Notes: a model not told the origin generated them from the letters alone. DNA of 64,000 nucleotides from Planctomycetota bacterium (GCA_044230075.1 JBGARS010000005.1:52799-116798), one strand, 5' to 3'. Numbered from the stretch's first letter, positions 31,111-40,581 are shown. A program made the numbers and translations.

Positions 31111-32075
31111 TCAGTCCCCGAACACGGCAGCGAATGTCGGTGCGGTGAGCACGGCGCACGCGATGCGGTCGAGCTCTTCTGGCGTGCTGGCGCAGAGGCG
31201 TTGGATCGCGGCTTCGGGGAGTGGGCCGAAGCGCTGTTCGAGTTGGCGCTGCAGCATCTGGGCGATGCCCTCGGCGCGGCCGAGCTGCATCAGTTGTTCG
31301 GCGGTGGTCATGTACTTGGCTTCCATCGCGGGTTCGAGGTCAGCGAAGGCGAGGCGCAGGCGCTCTGTCGGCTCGTTGCTGACGGCGGCGGTGTAGGAGA
31401 CTAACCGATAGGCGATCTCGCGTCCGCCGGGCACGGCGAGCAGTGTCCGGTAGAGCGTCTGCCAGGTGCGCATCAGGTTGGCGGTGTCCGCGCGGCGGCG
31501 CAGTCACTGCAAGTGCAGCAGCGGCAGCAAGGCGCGCACGGCCAATCGGCGCGCGTGCAGGTCCTGGTTCTCCGGCGCGGTCAGGTCGTCGAGGTCGAAC
31601 GCGAACGCCGGCTGGCGCGAGAGCAAGTGCTCGGGCAGGCCGTCCAGGTCGATCAGGGCACGCAGGTCGCGCGGTCCCGACCACGGGCGCTGACCGTGGT
31701 GCAGGACCAGCGGCAGCACCGGCGGCAGGCGGCGTTGCTCGGGGTGTTCGCGGCGGTAGCGCGGCCAGATCGCGACGACGTAGGCCAGCAGCTGGAGCGG
31801 GGTGAACGGGTCTGCCCCGGACTTGTGCTCGAGCAGCAGATACAGCAGGGTCGGGCGGTTGCCAGCCTCTGCCGCGAACAGCAGATCGGCCTGCTGCCCA
31901 CGCAGCGCTTCGTCGATGAAGGATCCTTCGAGCCGGCGCAGCGTGCGCCAGTCGATCGCGGCGACCACATCCACGGGCAGGGCGCTGCGCAGCAGCTCCC
32001 CGCGGGCCCGGGCTTGCCGAACACGCCGCGGAACAGGGCGTCGTGCGGATTCTGGATGGCGTGCAGGTCGTCCAC
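31111..32075 (-). pseudogene. Rpn-family (YhgA-like, PD-(D/E)XK) recombination-promoting nuclease, disrupted by one frameshift and one in-frame TGA
   Basis: GTG 32075 (GGAG upstream) opens …NPHDALFRGVFGKPGPAG. A frame change in the G/C run near 31990 is then needed to continue ELLRSALPVDVVAAIDW…ADLLF…LLLEHKS (the D…ExK core). An in-frame TGA at 31504-31506 follows. The same frame then continues as an intact 120-aa ORF (31111-31473) encoding the C-terminal helical domain. Confidence 0.7.
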
Positions 32076-32148
32076 GGATGTCTCCGTGGAGGAAGTGCGC
32101 GATGGGGGGGGCAGGCGGTGCGTGTCTACTGCCTCGACCGTACCGAAC

Positions 32149-33387
32149 TCACTGGCTCGGATAGGTCGCCTTGACCCACTCGATCCACTTCTCGTCGAAC
32201 TGCAGCACCGAGATGCCGTACGCATCCTGGATCGCATCGCGCATCGCCCCGACCAGGTCCGTTTGGTCCGGCGCCCACGTCTTCGGGTCGACGCGGCCCT
32301 TCACCGCGAACAGGAACTTGCGCCACTTCTCGGGGCCCTGCGACATCATCCAGTCGACGCGCGACCAGACCGCGACGTGGTCGTCGAACTTGATGTCGCC
32401 GAAGTCGCGCCACTTGTAGCTCTCGGCGAAGCTCGCGAACTTGCCGGTCCCCGACACCATCGCGCGGCAGTACTGCGCCCACTTCGCCGTCGTCTTCATG
32501 TCGGCGATCGAGCCTTCGTTCTGGTCGAAGTCGTTGTACTTGATGTCGACGCGGCGGGCGACCCAGTGGCCGAAGCCTTCGCGGATCCAGACCGGCAGGT
32601 CGTAGCCGTAGAAGCGGAAGCCATCGAGCAGGTTCTGGCTGACGTTGAAGGCGAGCGAGCAGTGCAGGGCCGTGTCGTGCTTGCGCGGGAACTCGCCGGA
32701 CTCGGTCGCCAGCGCGATCAGCAGCGTGCCGGTTTCCTTGAAGTGCCAGCGCTGCGGGTACTTCGTGTCGCGGCCGATGAAGCCCTTCATGTACTGCTGG
32801 TACGGTCCCAGCTTCTCGAACACCAGCACGAGGAACTTGTCCTTCATGCCCATGTAGGGCCCGTAGCCCATGTAGCGCGCGCCCGGCGTCAGCACGACGT
32901 TGTTGGGATCCGGTGGGAAGTCCGCGTCCTTGACGCCGAACAGTTCCTGCGTCTCCGCGTACAGCTTCTCCATGCGGTACGCGGTCAGGTGCGCGCGCAG
33001 CCACGGGTCGAGCGTCTTCGGCTTCGGGTTGATGCCGGGCAGCTTCTCGGCCAGCTCGGTCAGTTCACCTCTGAGCTTGGTGCGCGTCTCGAGGTCGACC
33101 GGCACCGGCCACGCCGGCAGGTTGGTGCCGATGCGGAAGTGCGCGGTCTCGATCCAGAGGATCTGCACGTAGTCGATCGCCGCGTCGATGTCGGAGCTGC
33201 TGACCGGGTTGTCGGCCTTGTTGCCGAACGGGAACGGCCCGAACGACACGTAGCCAGCCTTCTTCATCAGCTCCGGGTCGTTCTTGGTGTACGGATCGAT
33301 GCGCCACTTCGGCAGCTTGTCCTTGTCGCCCTGCGCGAGCAGCGGCGTGCCGAGCAAGCAGGCGAGCAGCAGGGAGATGGTGCGCAT
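32149..33387 (-). CDS. Secreted protein with degenerate gluzincin (peptidase-MA-like) core (412 aa)
   Basis: Met at 33387 gives the signal peptide MRTISLLLACLLGTPLLAQ. HCSLA occupies the HExxH position and is followed by LPVWIREGFGHW (the PxWxxEG motif of MA-clan or DUF1570-like proteins). GC3 is high. Confidence 0.7.
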   Translation of the reverse strand: MRTISLLLACLLGTPLLAQGDKDKLPKWRIDPYTKNDPELMKKAGYVSFGPFPFGNKADNPVSSSDIDAAIDYVQILWIETAHFRIGTNLPAWPVPVDLETRTKLRGELTELAEKLPGINPKPKTLDPWLRAHLTAYRMEKLYAETQELFGVKDADFPPDPNNVVLTPGARYMGYGPYMGMKDKFLVLVFEKLGPYQQYMKGFIGRDTKYPQRWHFKETGTLLIALATESGEFPRKHDTALHCSLAFNVSQNLLDGFRFYGYDLPVWIREGFGHWVARRVDIKYNDFDQNEGSIADMKTTAKWAQYCRAMVSGTGKFASFAESYKWRDFGDIKFDDHVAVWSRVDWMMSQGPEKWRKFLFAVKGRVDPKTWAPDQTDLVGAMRDAIQDAYGISVLQFDEKWIEWVKATYPSQ

Positions 33388-33431
33388 GCCGCGCACGACG
33401 ACGTGGTCGGGGGTCGGGTTCGTCACGGCAC

Positions 33432-34316
33432 TCACAGCTTCTGCAGCCACTGCTTCGACATCTCGATCGCCTGGAACACCGACAGGTTCTCCAGCGGTTC
33501 TTCGCCGTGCAACACGCGCGCCGTGTTGACCGCCTCCTTCTTCACCGTGTGGTCGGTGGCCTCGAGGTAGCGGTGCAGCAGCGACGCCTGCTCCTTGGTG
33601 GCGAGGTAGCGCAGCAGGCGCAGCCCCGCCATCTGGTCGGCGGGCGGTGCCTTGGTGATGGCCTCGAACAGCCACAGGCCGGTGTCGGTGCTGCGCCCGG
33701 CGGGCAGCACCGTGGCGACGAAGTCAGAGACCTCCTTCCAGTGCACCTTGGTGTAGGCGAGCACCGGCGCCACGGCTTCGCGTTGGCGCAGCGCCAGCAC
33801 CCCGAGCTGGGAATAGAACGCCGTCAGCTCGTCCTTGTCCTTGGTGGTCGCCTGCAGCACCGGCAGCACGTCGGGGTCGGCGAACGCACACAGCCGTTTG
33901 ATCAGGTAGCGGCGCAGCTCGACGCGCGGCTTCTTGCACTCGCGCGCCATCAGCGCGGCGTGGCGGCGATCGAGCATCGCGTCGAACACGGTGAACAGCT
34001 GGGCGTTGCCGTTCTCGGCCCGGTCGGCGACCTGTTGGAACAACAGCGGCGCGCCGCCGGCGCCGATCTCGATCAGCTCCTTCGACGCCGCGGCCTGCAG
34101 CTCCGGGTCCGCTTTCTTGAACTGACCGACCAGCGGCAGCAGGCGGTTCTTGTCGGCCTCCTTCAGCTCCGGCCATTCGGCGAGCTTCTTCGGCTGCTCA
34201 CCCTGCGGCTCGGCCTTCGGCGGCGCCGGCGGTTCGGCCTGGGCGGTCGCCGACGGCAGCAGGAACAGCGCGCAGCACAGGGCGGCGAGCGGGAGCTTTC
34301 GGTGGTGGTCGTTCAC
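33432..34316 (-). CDS. Secreted all-alpha HEAT/ARM-like repeat protein (294 aa)
   Basis: The GTG at 34316 overlaps the upstream stop (GTGA). Signal peptide (LPLAALCCALFLLPSATAQA). Helical-repeat composition. Confidence 0.68.
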   Translation of the reverse strand: MNDHHRKLPLAALCCALFLLPSATAQAEPPAPPKAEPQGEQPKKLAEWPELKEADKNRLLPLVGQFKKADPELQAAASKELIEIGAGGAPLLFQQVADRAENGNAQLFTVFDAMLDRRHAALMARECKKPRVELRRYLIKRLCAFADPDVLPVLQATTKDKDELTAFYSQLGVLALRQREAVAPVLAYTKVHWKEVSDFVATVLPAGRSTDTGLWLFEAITKAPPADQMAGLRLLRYLATKEQASLLHRYLEATDHTVKKEAVNTARVLHGEEPLENLSVFQAIEMSKQWLQKL

Positions 34317-35011
34317 GGCAGTTTGGGCAGTTGCAGCCAGCTCGGCATGGCCTCGCGGTAGTCGGGATGCACGTAGGTCACGAGTTCGCCGATGCGCTTC
34401 TGCTCGGCTGCGAGCCACGGCACCCAGGTCTCGACGTCGTGCGTCATGAAGCCGACCTGCAGCGCGTCGACGTAGTCGCTGAGCACGACCGGTGACTTGT
34501 CGTTGAGGTCGAACGCGGCGGCGACCATGAAGCCGCGCGGCACCGGGATCGGCGGGCTGACGGAGCCGATGCGCAGTGGGTCGAACAGGAACATCGCCAC
34601 CGGCAACCACGGCTGCAGGCGCGCGATGTTGCGGCGCGACCGTTCCGGCAGCAGCTGCGACCGCTGGTCGAGTTCGACGACGTTGGTCGCGACCTCGGTC
34701 AACGCGGTGGCGCGTGCCAGCGCCAGCTTGCGCTCGGCCGGGAAGGCGCGCTCGGCCAGCCGCAGCGGCAGCAGGTGTTCGTCGAGCACGCGCAGGATCT
34801 TGCCCTTGTGACCGCCTTCGGGCAGGAAGGAGTCGAGGAACGCGACGTACGGCTCGACTTCGCTGAGCTTGATCTCGATGCCGTCGACGCAGAGCAGGCG
34901 GTCGTCGTTCGCCGGCACCTTCTCGCTGCAGCCGCCGCCGGCGAGCAAGGCGACCGCGACGACGAGGCCGAGCACGCCGAGAGTCTGGAGGGAGCGTCGC
35001 GTTGCGTTCAC
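34313..35011 (-). CDS. Lipoprotein, SurA-N/parvulin-like but degenerate (232 aa)
   Basis: The GTG at 35011 overlaps the upstream stop (GTGA). Lipobox LLAGGGC. The family assignment is a weak impression only. Confidence 0.65.
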   Translation of the reverse strand: MNATRRSLQTLGVLGLVVAVALLAGGGCSEKVPANDDRLLCVDGIEIKLSEVEPYVAFLDSFLPEGGHKGKILRVLDEHLLPLRLAERAFPAERKLALARATALTEVATNVVELDQRSQLLPERSRRNIARLQPWLPVAMFLFDPLRIGSVSPPIPVPRGFMVAAAFDLNDKSPVVLSDYVDALQVGFMTHDVETWVPWLAAEQKRIGELVTYVHPDYREAMPSWLQLPKLP

Positions 35012-35691
35012 TGCGTGTCGAGGGAGGCCAGGAAGTCGCCCACCGGCCCGGTGAGGTAGCGGTAGGTCTCGTAGAGTAGCTCGGCGAGCTGGGGTGCGTC
35101 ACTGGTGCCGATCGGGCCGGTGAAGCTGCCGGTGTTCTCGATCCAGACCGAGCGCGCGTCCTGTGGCCAGGACTCGACCCGCACGTGGAAGGTGCCCTTG
35201 GCGCCGGCCGGCGGCGGCAGCACCAGCCGCACGCCCAGCGACTGCAGCGGTCGGCCGAGCACCTGCCAGGCTTCGGTTCCGGGCGCCACCAGGCGTTTGC
35301 TCAGGAACTCGCGGCCGTCCCGGAACTGCCGGGGCTGGATCAGCGACCGCACCACGAACTGCTGCGCCAGCGACGCCTGGATGCCGAGGGTCTGGAAGGC
35401 GGCAGTGGCGACGTTCACGGTCCGGCCGGCGAAGTCCTCGACCGAGGTGCCGCGCAGCTCGTCGCGCAGGACCAGCCGGTCCCAGGTGAAGGTCGCCGAC
35501 GAGATCTGGCCCGGTGCCATCGGCAGGTTGGTCAGGTGGATGCCGTCGGGGGCGACCTGGAAGTTCTGGAAGCCGATGGCAGGCTGCCGGTAGAGCGTGT
35601 TGTGCAGGCTCTGCACCAGATCCGCCCGCAACTGCTGCGGCGGGTAGAGGATCTCGGCGGTGAAGGCGATCGTGCGGGGGTCGTAGCTCAT
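35008..35691 (-). CDS. Hypothetical cytoplasmic protein, first gene of a four-gene operon (227 aa)
   Basis: Met at 35691. High GC3, no signal peptide and no family I can name. Confidence 0.65.
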   Translation of the reverse strand: MSYDPRTIAFTAEILYPPQQLRADLVQSLHNTLYRQPAIGFQNFQVAPDGIHLTNLPMAPGQISSATFTWDRLVLRDELRGTSVEDFAGRTVNVATAAFQTLGIQASLAQQFVVRSLIQPRQFRDGREFLSKRLVAPGTEAWQVLGRPLQSLGVRLVLPPPAGAKGTFHVRVESWPQDARSVWIENTGSFTGPIGTSDAPQLAELLYETYRYLTGPVGDFLASLDTQ

Positions 35692-35815
35692 GCGGCCGGG
35701 CGGGCATGCTAGAGGCGCGGCACGGCATTGTGGGAGGAATCCCCGGGCCGGTTCGTTTCGCCGCGCCCGCACGGTAAGCTGCCGCGCCCTTTTCTTCCTC
35801 CGACCCTCGATTCCG

Positions 35816-37414
35816 ATGCATCGTCCTTCCCTCCTGGCTGTCGTGCTGGCGGCCGTCGCCGGCCCCTCCCTCCTGGCGCAGGATCTCGCCCAGCAGATCA
35901 AGACGCTGCACCGCGAGGTGGACAACCTCGATCAGACCCTGGTCCAGGAGCGGTCCAAGCTGCTCAGCAGCATCAAGGTCAATGGCCAGCAGCTCGATCC
36001 GCGCGAGGTCATGCGCGAGGCGGTGTATCTCGCCGGCGGCAAGCTGGTCGAGTCCAAGGTCGCGAACTTCTTCATCCTCGAGGAGCTGAAGAAGCAGGTC
36101 GAGGCCGGCGGCAAGAAGCCGCAGGAGTTCCTGGTCACCGACGAGGACGTGATGACCCAGCTCGCGCCGATGAAGGCCGAGTTCGAGTCGAAGAACCCCG
36201 GCGTCGACTTCTGGGAGGTCGTGCGGTCGCAGTACGGGCTCAGCAAGGAGACGTTCCTCGAGCAGCGCAAGGAGGCGATCCTGTTCGACCGCGTCTTCTT
36301 CCCCGGTTCGCCGAAGGACTGGCCGGACATCACCAAGGAGGCGATCAAGGGCCAGACGCAGAGCGATCAGGGGCCGCGCTTCCTCGAGCAACTCGAGAAG
36401 GCCGCCGAGGGCACCGACGCGAACGGCCAGCCGAAGAAGCTGCCCGAGTTCTGGATCTCGATGATGCGCAACTTCGTGCAGAAGGGCCTGCGCAGCTGGA
36501 GCGACATCCGCTACGCGTCGCATGGTCTGCCGCCCGAGGTCGTGCTGCAGGTCAACGACCTGACGTGGGGCACGGAAGAGGCGTTCGACTTCATCAAGAA
36601 GGGCCTCTACGCGCAGGACCTCGAGCGTGCGATCCAGGAGGTCGTCGCCCGCGAGGCGCTGCGCCAGGAGCTGGTCAAGGCAGGTGCCTACCTGAGCGAC
36701 GAGGAGTTCCTGCGCCGCTACGACGAGTATCGCGCGCCGTTCGACTCGACGCCGTTCACGGTCGAGATCATCGCCACGCGCTTCAAGGGCTACCCGTGCC
36801 TCGAGGCCTTCCGTTCGCGCTGGCGCCTGGTCGCGTCCTATGCCGAGATGATCAAGGACGAGATCACCGACGAGAACCTGCAGGCGCACGCCGACAAGTT
36901 CGCGCCGTTCTTCGCCGACGGCCAGACCGGCATCGACGTGATCCCGTTCATGGCCAAGGACCCGAAGACGGGCGCCTGGCAGCCGGACGGCATGGACCAG
37001 GCCAAGGCGCGCTGCGAGGCGGCCTTCGCGGCGATGGAGAAGGGCACGCTCACCTTCGACCAGACACTGACGCGGCACACCGAGTTCTACCAGAACGACG
37101 AGAAGAAGGGCCGCCTGGGCCTGCTGCCGCTGAACCAGGTCAAGCAGCAGCTGCGCGAGAGCGAGTTCACCCAGCTGCTCGACGGCTTCTCGCTGGCCGA
37201 CTACCTGTTCTTCGAGGCGCCGCTCGGCAAGACCGTCGGCCCGCTGCCCGGCCCCGACGGCTGGTTCCTGGCCCGCGTCAACACGCGCACGCCGGCGCGC
37301 AAGAAGATCGACGTCAAGAACGAGCGCGAGCGCCAGCTGGTGCGTGAGGACTACGTCAACCGTCGCTTCTTCGACTGGGCCAACGAGGTTCTCGCCCACG
37401 TCAAGCTCGACTGA
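35816..37414 (+). CDS. Secreted SurA/PpiD-like chaperone (532 aa)
   Basis: Met at 35816 gives the signal peptide MHRPSLLAVVLAAVAGPSLLAQ. Long helical chaperone-like body with a parvulin-like C-terminal segment (GKTVGPLPGPDGWFLARVN). Confidence 0.72.
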   Translation: MHRPSLLAVVLAAVAGPSLLAQDLAQQIKTLHREVDNLDQTLVQERSKLLSSIKVNGQQLDPREVMREAVYLAGGKLVESKVANFFILEELKKQVEAGGKKPQEFLVTDEDVMTQLAPMKAEFESKNPGVDFWEVVRSQYGLSKETFLEQRKEAILFDRVFFPGSPKDWPDITKEAIKGQTQSDQGPRFLEQLEKAAEGTDANGQPKKLPEFWISMMRNFVQKGLRSWSDIRYASHGLPPEVVLQVNDLTWGTEEAFDFIKKGLYAQDLERAIQEVVAREALRQELVKAGAYLSDEEFLRRYDEYRAPFDSTPFTVEIIATRFKGYPCLEAFRSRWRLVASYAEMIKDEITDENLQAHADKFAPFFADGQTGIDVIPFMAKDPKTGAWQPDGMDQAKARCEAAFAAMEKGTLTFDQTLTRHTEFYQNDEKKGRLGLLPLNQVKQQLRESEFTQLLDGFSLADYLFFEAPLGKTVGPLPGPDGWFLARVNTRTPARKKIDVKNERERQLVREDYVNRRFFDWANEVLAHVKLD

Positions 37415-37481
37415 GATCCGGGAGCATATTGCGCCGCCGCAGCGGGGGCTCCGGTGAGGAGTCTTCGCTAGCATCTCGCCC

Positions 37482-39350
37482 GTGACTCAGACACCCGACA
37501 CCAGCGCAGGCTCCAGACCCCTCCTGCGCCGGTTGTGGTCCGCGATCGTGCACTACAAGAGCACGGTCTTCGCGATGATCGCGTTCGGCTTCCTCGAAGC
37601 CGTCTTCACGAAGCTGCCGCTGGTGCTCGTGAAGCCGCTGATGGCCGAGATGGGCACCGCCGACCATCAGCAGGCGGTCACGGCGCCGGGCGTGGCGGAT
37701 CGTTGGGCTGTGGACTTCAACGCCTGGTTCCGTGCGTTCGCCAACGACCTGCTCGGTTGGTTCGGCATCGGGTTCGACCACCGGGGCATGAACGTCGTCG
37801 TCGCCTGCGGCGTCGTCGCCGTGGTTTGCGGCCTGCTGGGCGCCGTGACGATCTACTTCGTGCAGACGATCTCGCGCCTGTTCGCGATCCGCATCGTCGC
37901 CGACCTGCGCTGTGAACTGGCGCAGCACTTCCTGAACCTGCCGCTGCGCTTCTTCGGCCGCCAGCGCATGGGCGAGATGATCAGCAAGGTCACCAACGAC
38001 ACGCAGGTCATGCAGCGGTCGTTCGAGCTGGCGGCCGACAACATCGTCGTCGATCCGCTGATGATCCTCGGCAACCTGGCGATCCTGGCCTGGTTCGTGC
38101 CGCAGGCCATCTGGGTGCTGTTGGCGATGGTGCCCCTGATGGCGATCCCCCTGTATCGGCAGGGCAAGGCCGTCAGCCGGCGCAGCACGAAGAGCCTGCG
38201 CGCCATGGGGGAGACCACCGAATCGCTGAACCAGATCCTCACTGGCATCCGCACCGTGAAGGCCTTCCAGCTCGAACGGCATCGCATGGCGGAGTTCGAG
38301 GCGAACACGCACACCTTCCTGGACCGCACCCACAAGATGCTGCGCGCGAAGGGGCGTTCGATGGCGCAGACGTTCGTCAGCTACCAGATCGGGTTCGCGG
38401 CCCTGCTGATCCTGCTCGGCTACGTGGTGCTCATCGAGAAGGGTATCGCCTTCGACGACGTCGCCCTGGTCATCGCGCCGCTCGTGACCACCTACCAGCA
38501 CGTCAAGCGCCTGACGCGCTCGTACCACGTGCTGATGGAGTCGGCGGGTGCGCTGACCGGCATCGACGCGATCCTCGCCAGCGAGACCGACCAGACGGCC
38601 ATCGGCGGCGAGCCGATGCCCCGCGTGCGCGGCGACGTCGAGATGCGCGACGTCTGGTTCGCCTACGATGCCGAGCCGGTGCTGCGTGGCATCGACCTCG
38701 TGGTCAAGGCCGGCCAGACGGTGGCGTTCGTCGGCCCCTCGGGCGGTGGCAAGTCGACCACGCTCGACCTGCTGCTGCGCTTCAACGATCCTGATCGCGG
38801 CACGATCCTGGTCGATGGCATCGACCTGCGCAACATGCGCCTGGCCGACTTCCGCGCCCACACGGCGGTCGTCAGCCAGCAGGCGTTCCTGTTCAACACG
38901 ACGATCCGGCAGAACATCGCCTACGGCAAGCCGGATGCGACGCAGGCCGAGATCGAAGCGGCGGCGCGAGCGGCCAACATCCACGACTTCATCGCCTCAC
39001 AACCGAACGGCTACGACACACTGGTCGGCGAACGCGGTTGCAACCTGTCGGGCGGGCAGATGCAGCGGCTGACGATCGCGCGCGCGATCGTGCGCGACCC
39101 GGCGCTGCTGTTCCTCGACGAGGCGACGTCGGCGCTCGACTCCGAGAACGAGGAACTGGTGCAGCGCGCGCTCGACAACCTGCGTCGTGGCCGCACGTCG
39201 TTCGTGATCGCGCACCGGCTGTCGACGATCGTGTCGGCCGACATCATCGTGGTGCTCGACCACGGCCGCGTCGTCGAGACGGGATCGCACGGCGACCTGC
39301 TCGAACAGAACGGCGCCTACCGGCGCATGTACGAGCTGCAGTCGGTGTGA
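37482..39350 (+). CDS. ABC exporter, fused permease/ATPase, MsbA-like (622 aa)
   Basis: Six-TM N-terminal half. Walker A GPSGGGKST, signature LSGGQMQR, Walker B LLFLDEATSALD. GTG start. Confidence 0.9.
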   Translation: MTQTPDTSAGSRPLLRRLWSAIVHYKSTVFAMIAFGFLEAVFTKLPLVLVKPLMAEMGTADHQQAVTAPGVADRWAVDFNAWFRAFANDLLGWFGIGFDHRGMNVVVACGVVAVVCGLLGAVTIYFVQTISRLFAIRIVADLRCELAQHFLNLPLRFFGRQRMGEMISKVTNDTQVMQRSFELAADNIVVDPLMILGNLAILAWFVPQAIWVLLAMVPLMAIPLYRQGKAVSRRSTKSLRAMGETTESLNQILTGIRTVKAFQLERHRMAEFEANTHTFLDRTHKMLRAKGRSMAQTFVSYQIGFAALLILLGYVVLIEKGIAFDDVALVIAPLVTTYQHVKRLTRSYHVLMESAGALTGIDAILASETDQTAIGGEPMPRVRGDVEMRDVWFAYDAEPVLRGIDLVVKAGQTVAFVGPSGGGKSTTLDLLLRFNDPDRGTILVDGIDLRNMRLADFRAHTAVVSQQAFLFNTTIRQNIAYGKPDATQAEIEAAARAANIHDFIASQPNGYDTLVGERGCNLSGGQMQRLTIARAIVRDPALLFLDEATSALDSENEELVQRALDNLRRGRTSFVIAHRLSTIVSADIIVVLDHGRVVETGSHGDLLEQNGAYRRMYELQSV

Positions 39351-39360
39351 GGCCTGCAGG

Positions 39361-39849
39361 TCAGCGCGGGCCGAGCAGCGCGACGACCGTGGCGCGCAGC
39401 GCTTCGCCGCGGCCGATCGCATCGACCTTCTCACCGGACTTGCCCTTCAGGTTGACGCGATCCGGCGGCAACTCGAACAGCCCAGCGATTCGTTCGCGCA
39501 TCGCCGCGCGGTGCGGCGCCAGGCGCGGTACTTCGGTCTCGACGACGACGTCCAGCGACAGCACACGGAGGCCGCGTTCGTGCACGAGGCGCGTCGCCTG
39601 GCGGCAGAAGTCGGCGGAGTCGCGGTCGCGATGCTGCGGGTCCTGGTCCGAGAACAGCGTGCCCAGGTCGTCGAGACCGGCCGCGCCGAGCACGGCATCG
39701 CAGGCCGCGTGCAACACGGCGTCGCCGTCGCTGTGGCCGATCGGGCCGACCGGAGCGCCATCGAAGGGGATGCCGCCGAGCACGCAGCGCCGGCCCGGTT
39801 CCAGGCGGTGGACGTCGATACCGAGACCGATGCGCAGGGCGTCGTTCAT
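39361..39849 (-). CDS. ispF: 2-C-methyl-D-erythritol 2,4-cyclodiphosphate synthase (162 aa)
   Basis: IGLGIDVHRL…GHSDGDAVLHA… matches the family over its full length. Its ATG overlaps the ispD stop (ATGA). Confidence 0.93.
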   Translation of the reverse strand: MNDALRIGLGIDVHRLEPGRRCVLGGIPFDGAPVGPIGHSDGDAVLHAACDAVLGAAGLDDLGTLFSDQDPQHRDRDSADFCRQATRLVHERGLRVLSLDVVVETEVPRLAPHRAAMRERIAGLFELPPDRVNLKGKSGEKVDAIGRGEALRATVVALLGPR

Positions 39850-40556
39850 GGTTGGCAGCGGTCGAACAGGGCCTCGGCGAGCGGCAGGTCGTCTCTGTGG
39901 GTGATCTTCAGGTTGCCCGGCGACCCTGGCACGACCTCGACCGGCAGGCCGAGGTGCTCGACCAGGGACACGTCGTCGGTGCCCTCGAAGCCATCGGCGC
40001 CCGCGGCGGCCAGGGCGCGCAGCAGCAGGTCGCGGCGTACGACCTGCGGCGTCTGCGCCTGCCAGATCGAACTGCGATCGAGCGTTGCCTCGACGCGTCG
40101 GTCGCGCACCTGCTTCAGCGTGTCGGTGGCGGGGATCGCGAGCAGCGCGGCGCCGGTCCGGGCGGCGGCGGCGATGCAGGCGCGGGTGGCGGCGATCGGC
40201 AGCAGCGCGCGCGCCGCGTCGTGCACCAGCACCAGTTCGACGTCGGCGCTGGCGGCGGCTAGGCCGCGCTGCATCGACTCCTGGCGCGAGCTGCCGCCGT
40301 CGACGATGTGCAGTCGGCAGCGCGTGTCGGTGATCGCCTGCAGCTCCGGCAGGTGCGGCGCGAGATGGGGTTCGCGGTCGTGTGAGTGCACGACCAGCAC
40401 CAGTTCGCAGCCGGTGCCGGGCTCGACCGCGGCGCACAGGCGCTCGGCGGCGTGCAGCAGCAGCGGGCGGCCGCGCAGGCGCAAGAACGCCTTCGGCACC
40501 GGGCCGCCGAAGCGGGCGCCGCGGCCGGCAGCGAGCAGCAACATGGCGACCTTCAC
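39846..40556 (-). CDS. ispD: 2-C-methyl-D-erythritol 4-phosphate cytidylyltransferase (about 232-236 aa)
   Basis: LLLAAGRGARFG…VLVHDAARAL…TPQ… are the expected motifs. The start is GTG 40556 or ATG 40544. Confidence 0.9.
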   Translation of the reverse strand: MKVAMLLLAAGRGARFGGPVPKAFLRLRGRPLLLHAAERLCAAVEPGTGCELVLVVHSHDREPHLAPHLPELQAITDTRCRLHIVDGGSSRQESMQRGLAAASADVELVLVHDAARALLPIAATRACIAAAARTGAALLAIPATDTLKQVRDRRVEATLDRSSIWQAQTPQVVRRDLLLRALAAAGADGFEGTDDVSLVEHLGLPVEVVPGSPGNLKITHRDDLPLAEALFDRCQP

Positions 40557-40581
40557 GCGGCGTGACCTTACACTCGCGCGC

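Noticed and set aside
31504-31506. In-frame TGA in the Rpn gene as selenocysteine or programmed read-through
   Set aside because: No SECIS-like hairpin is evident immediately downstream. Cys or Sec is not expected at this position of Rpn proteins, and the gene also needs a separate frameshift, so disruption is the simpler reading.
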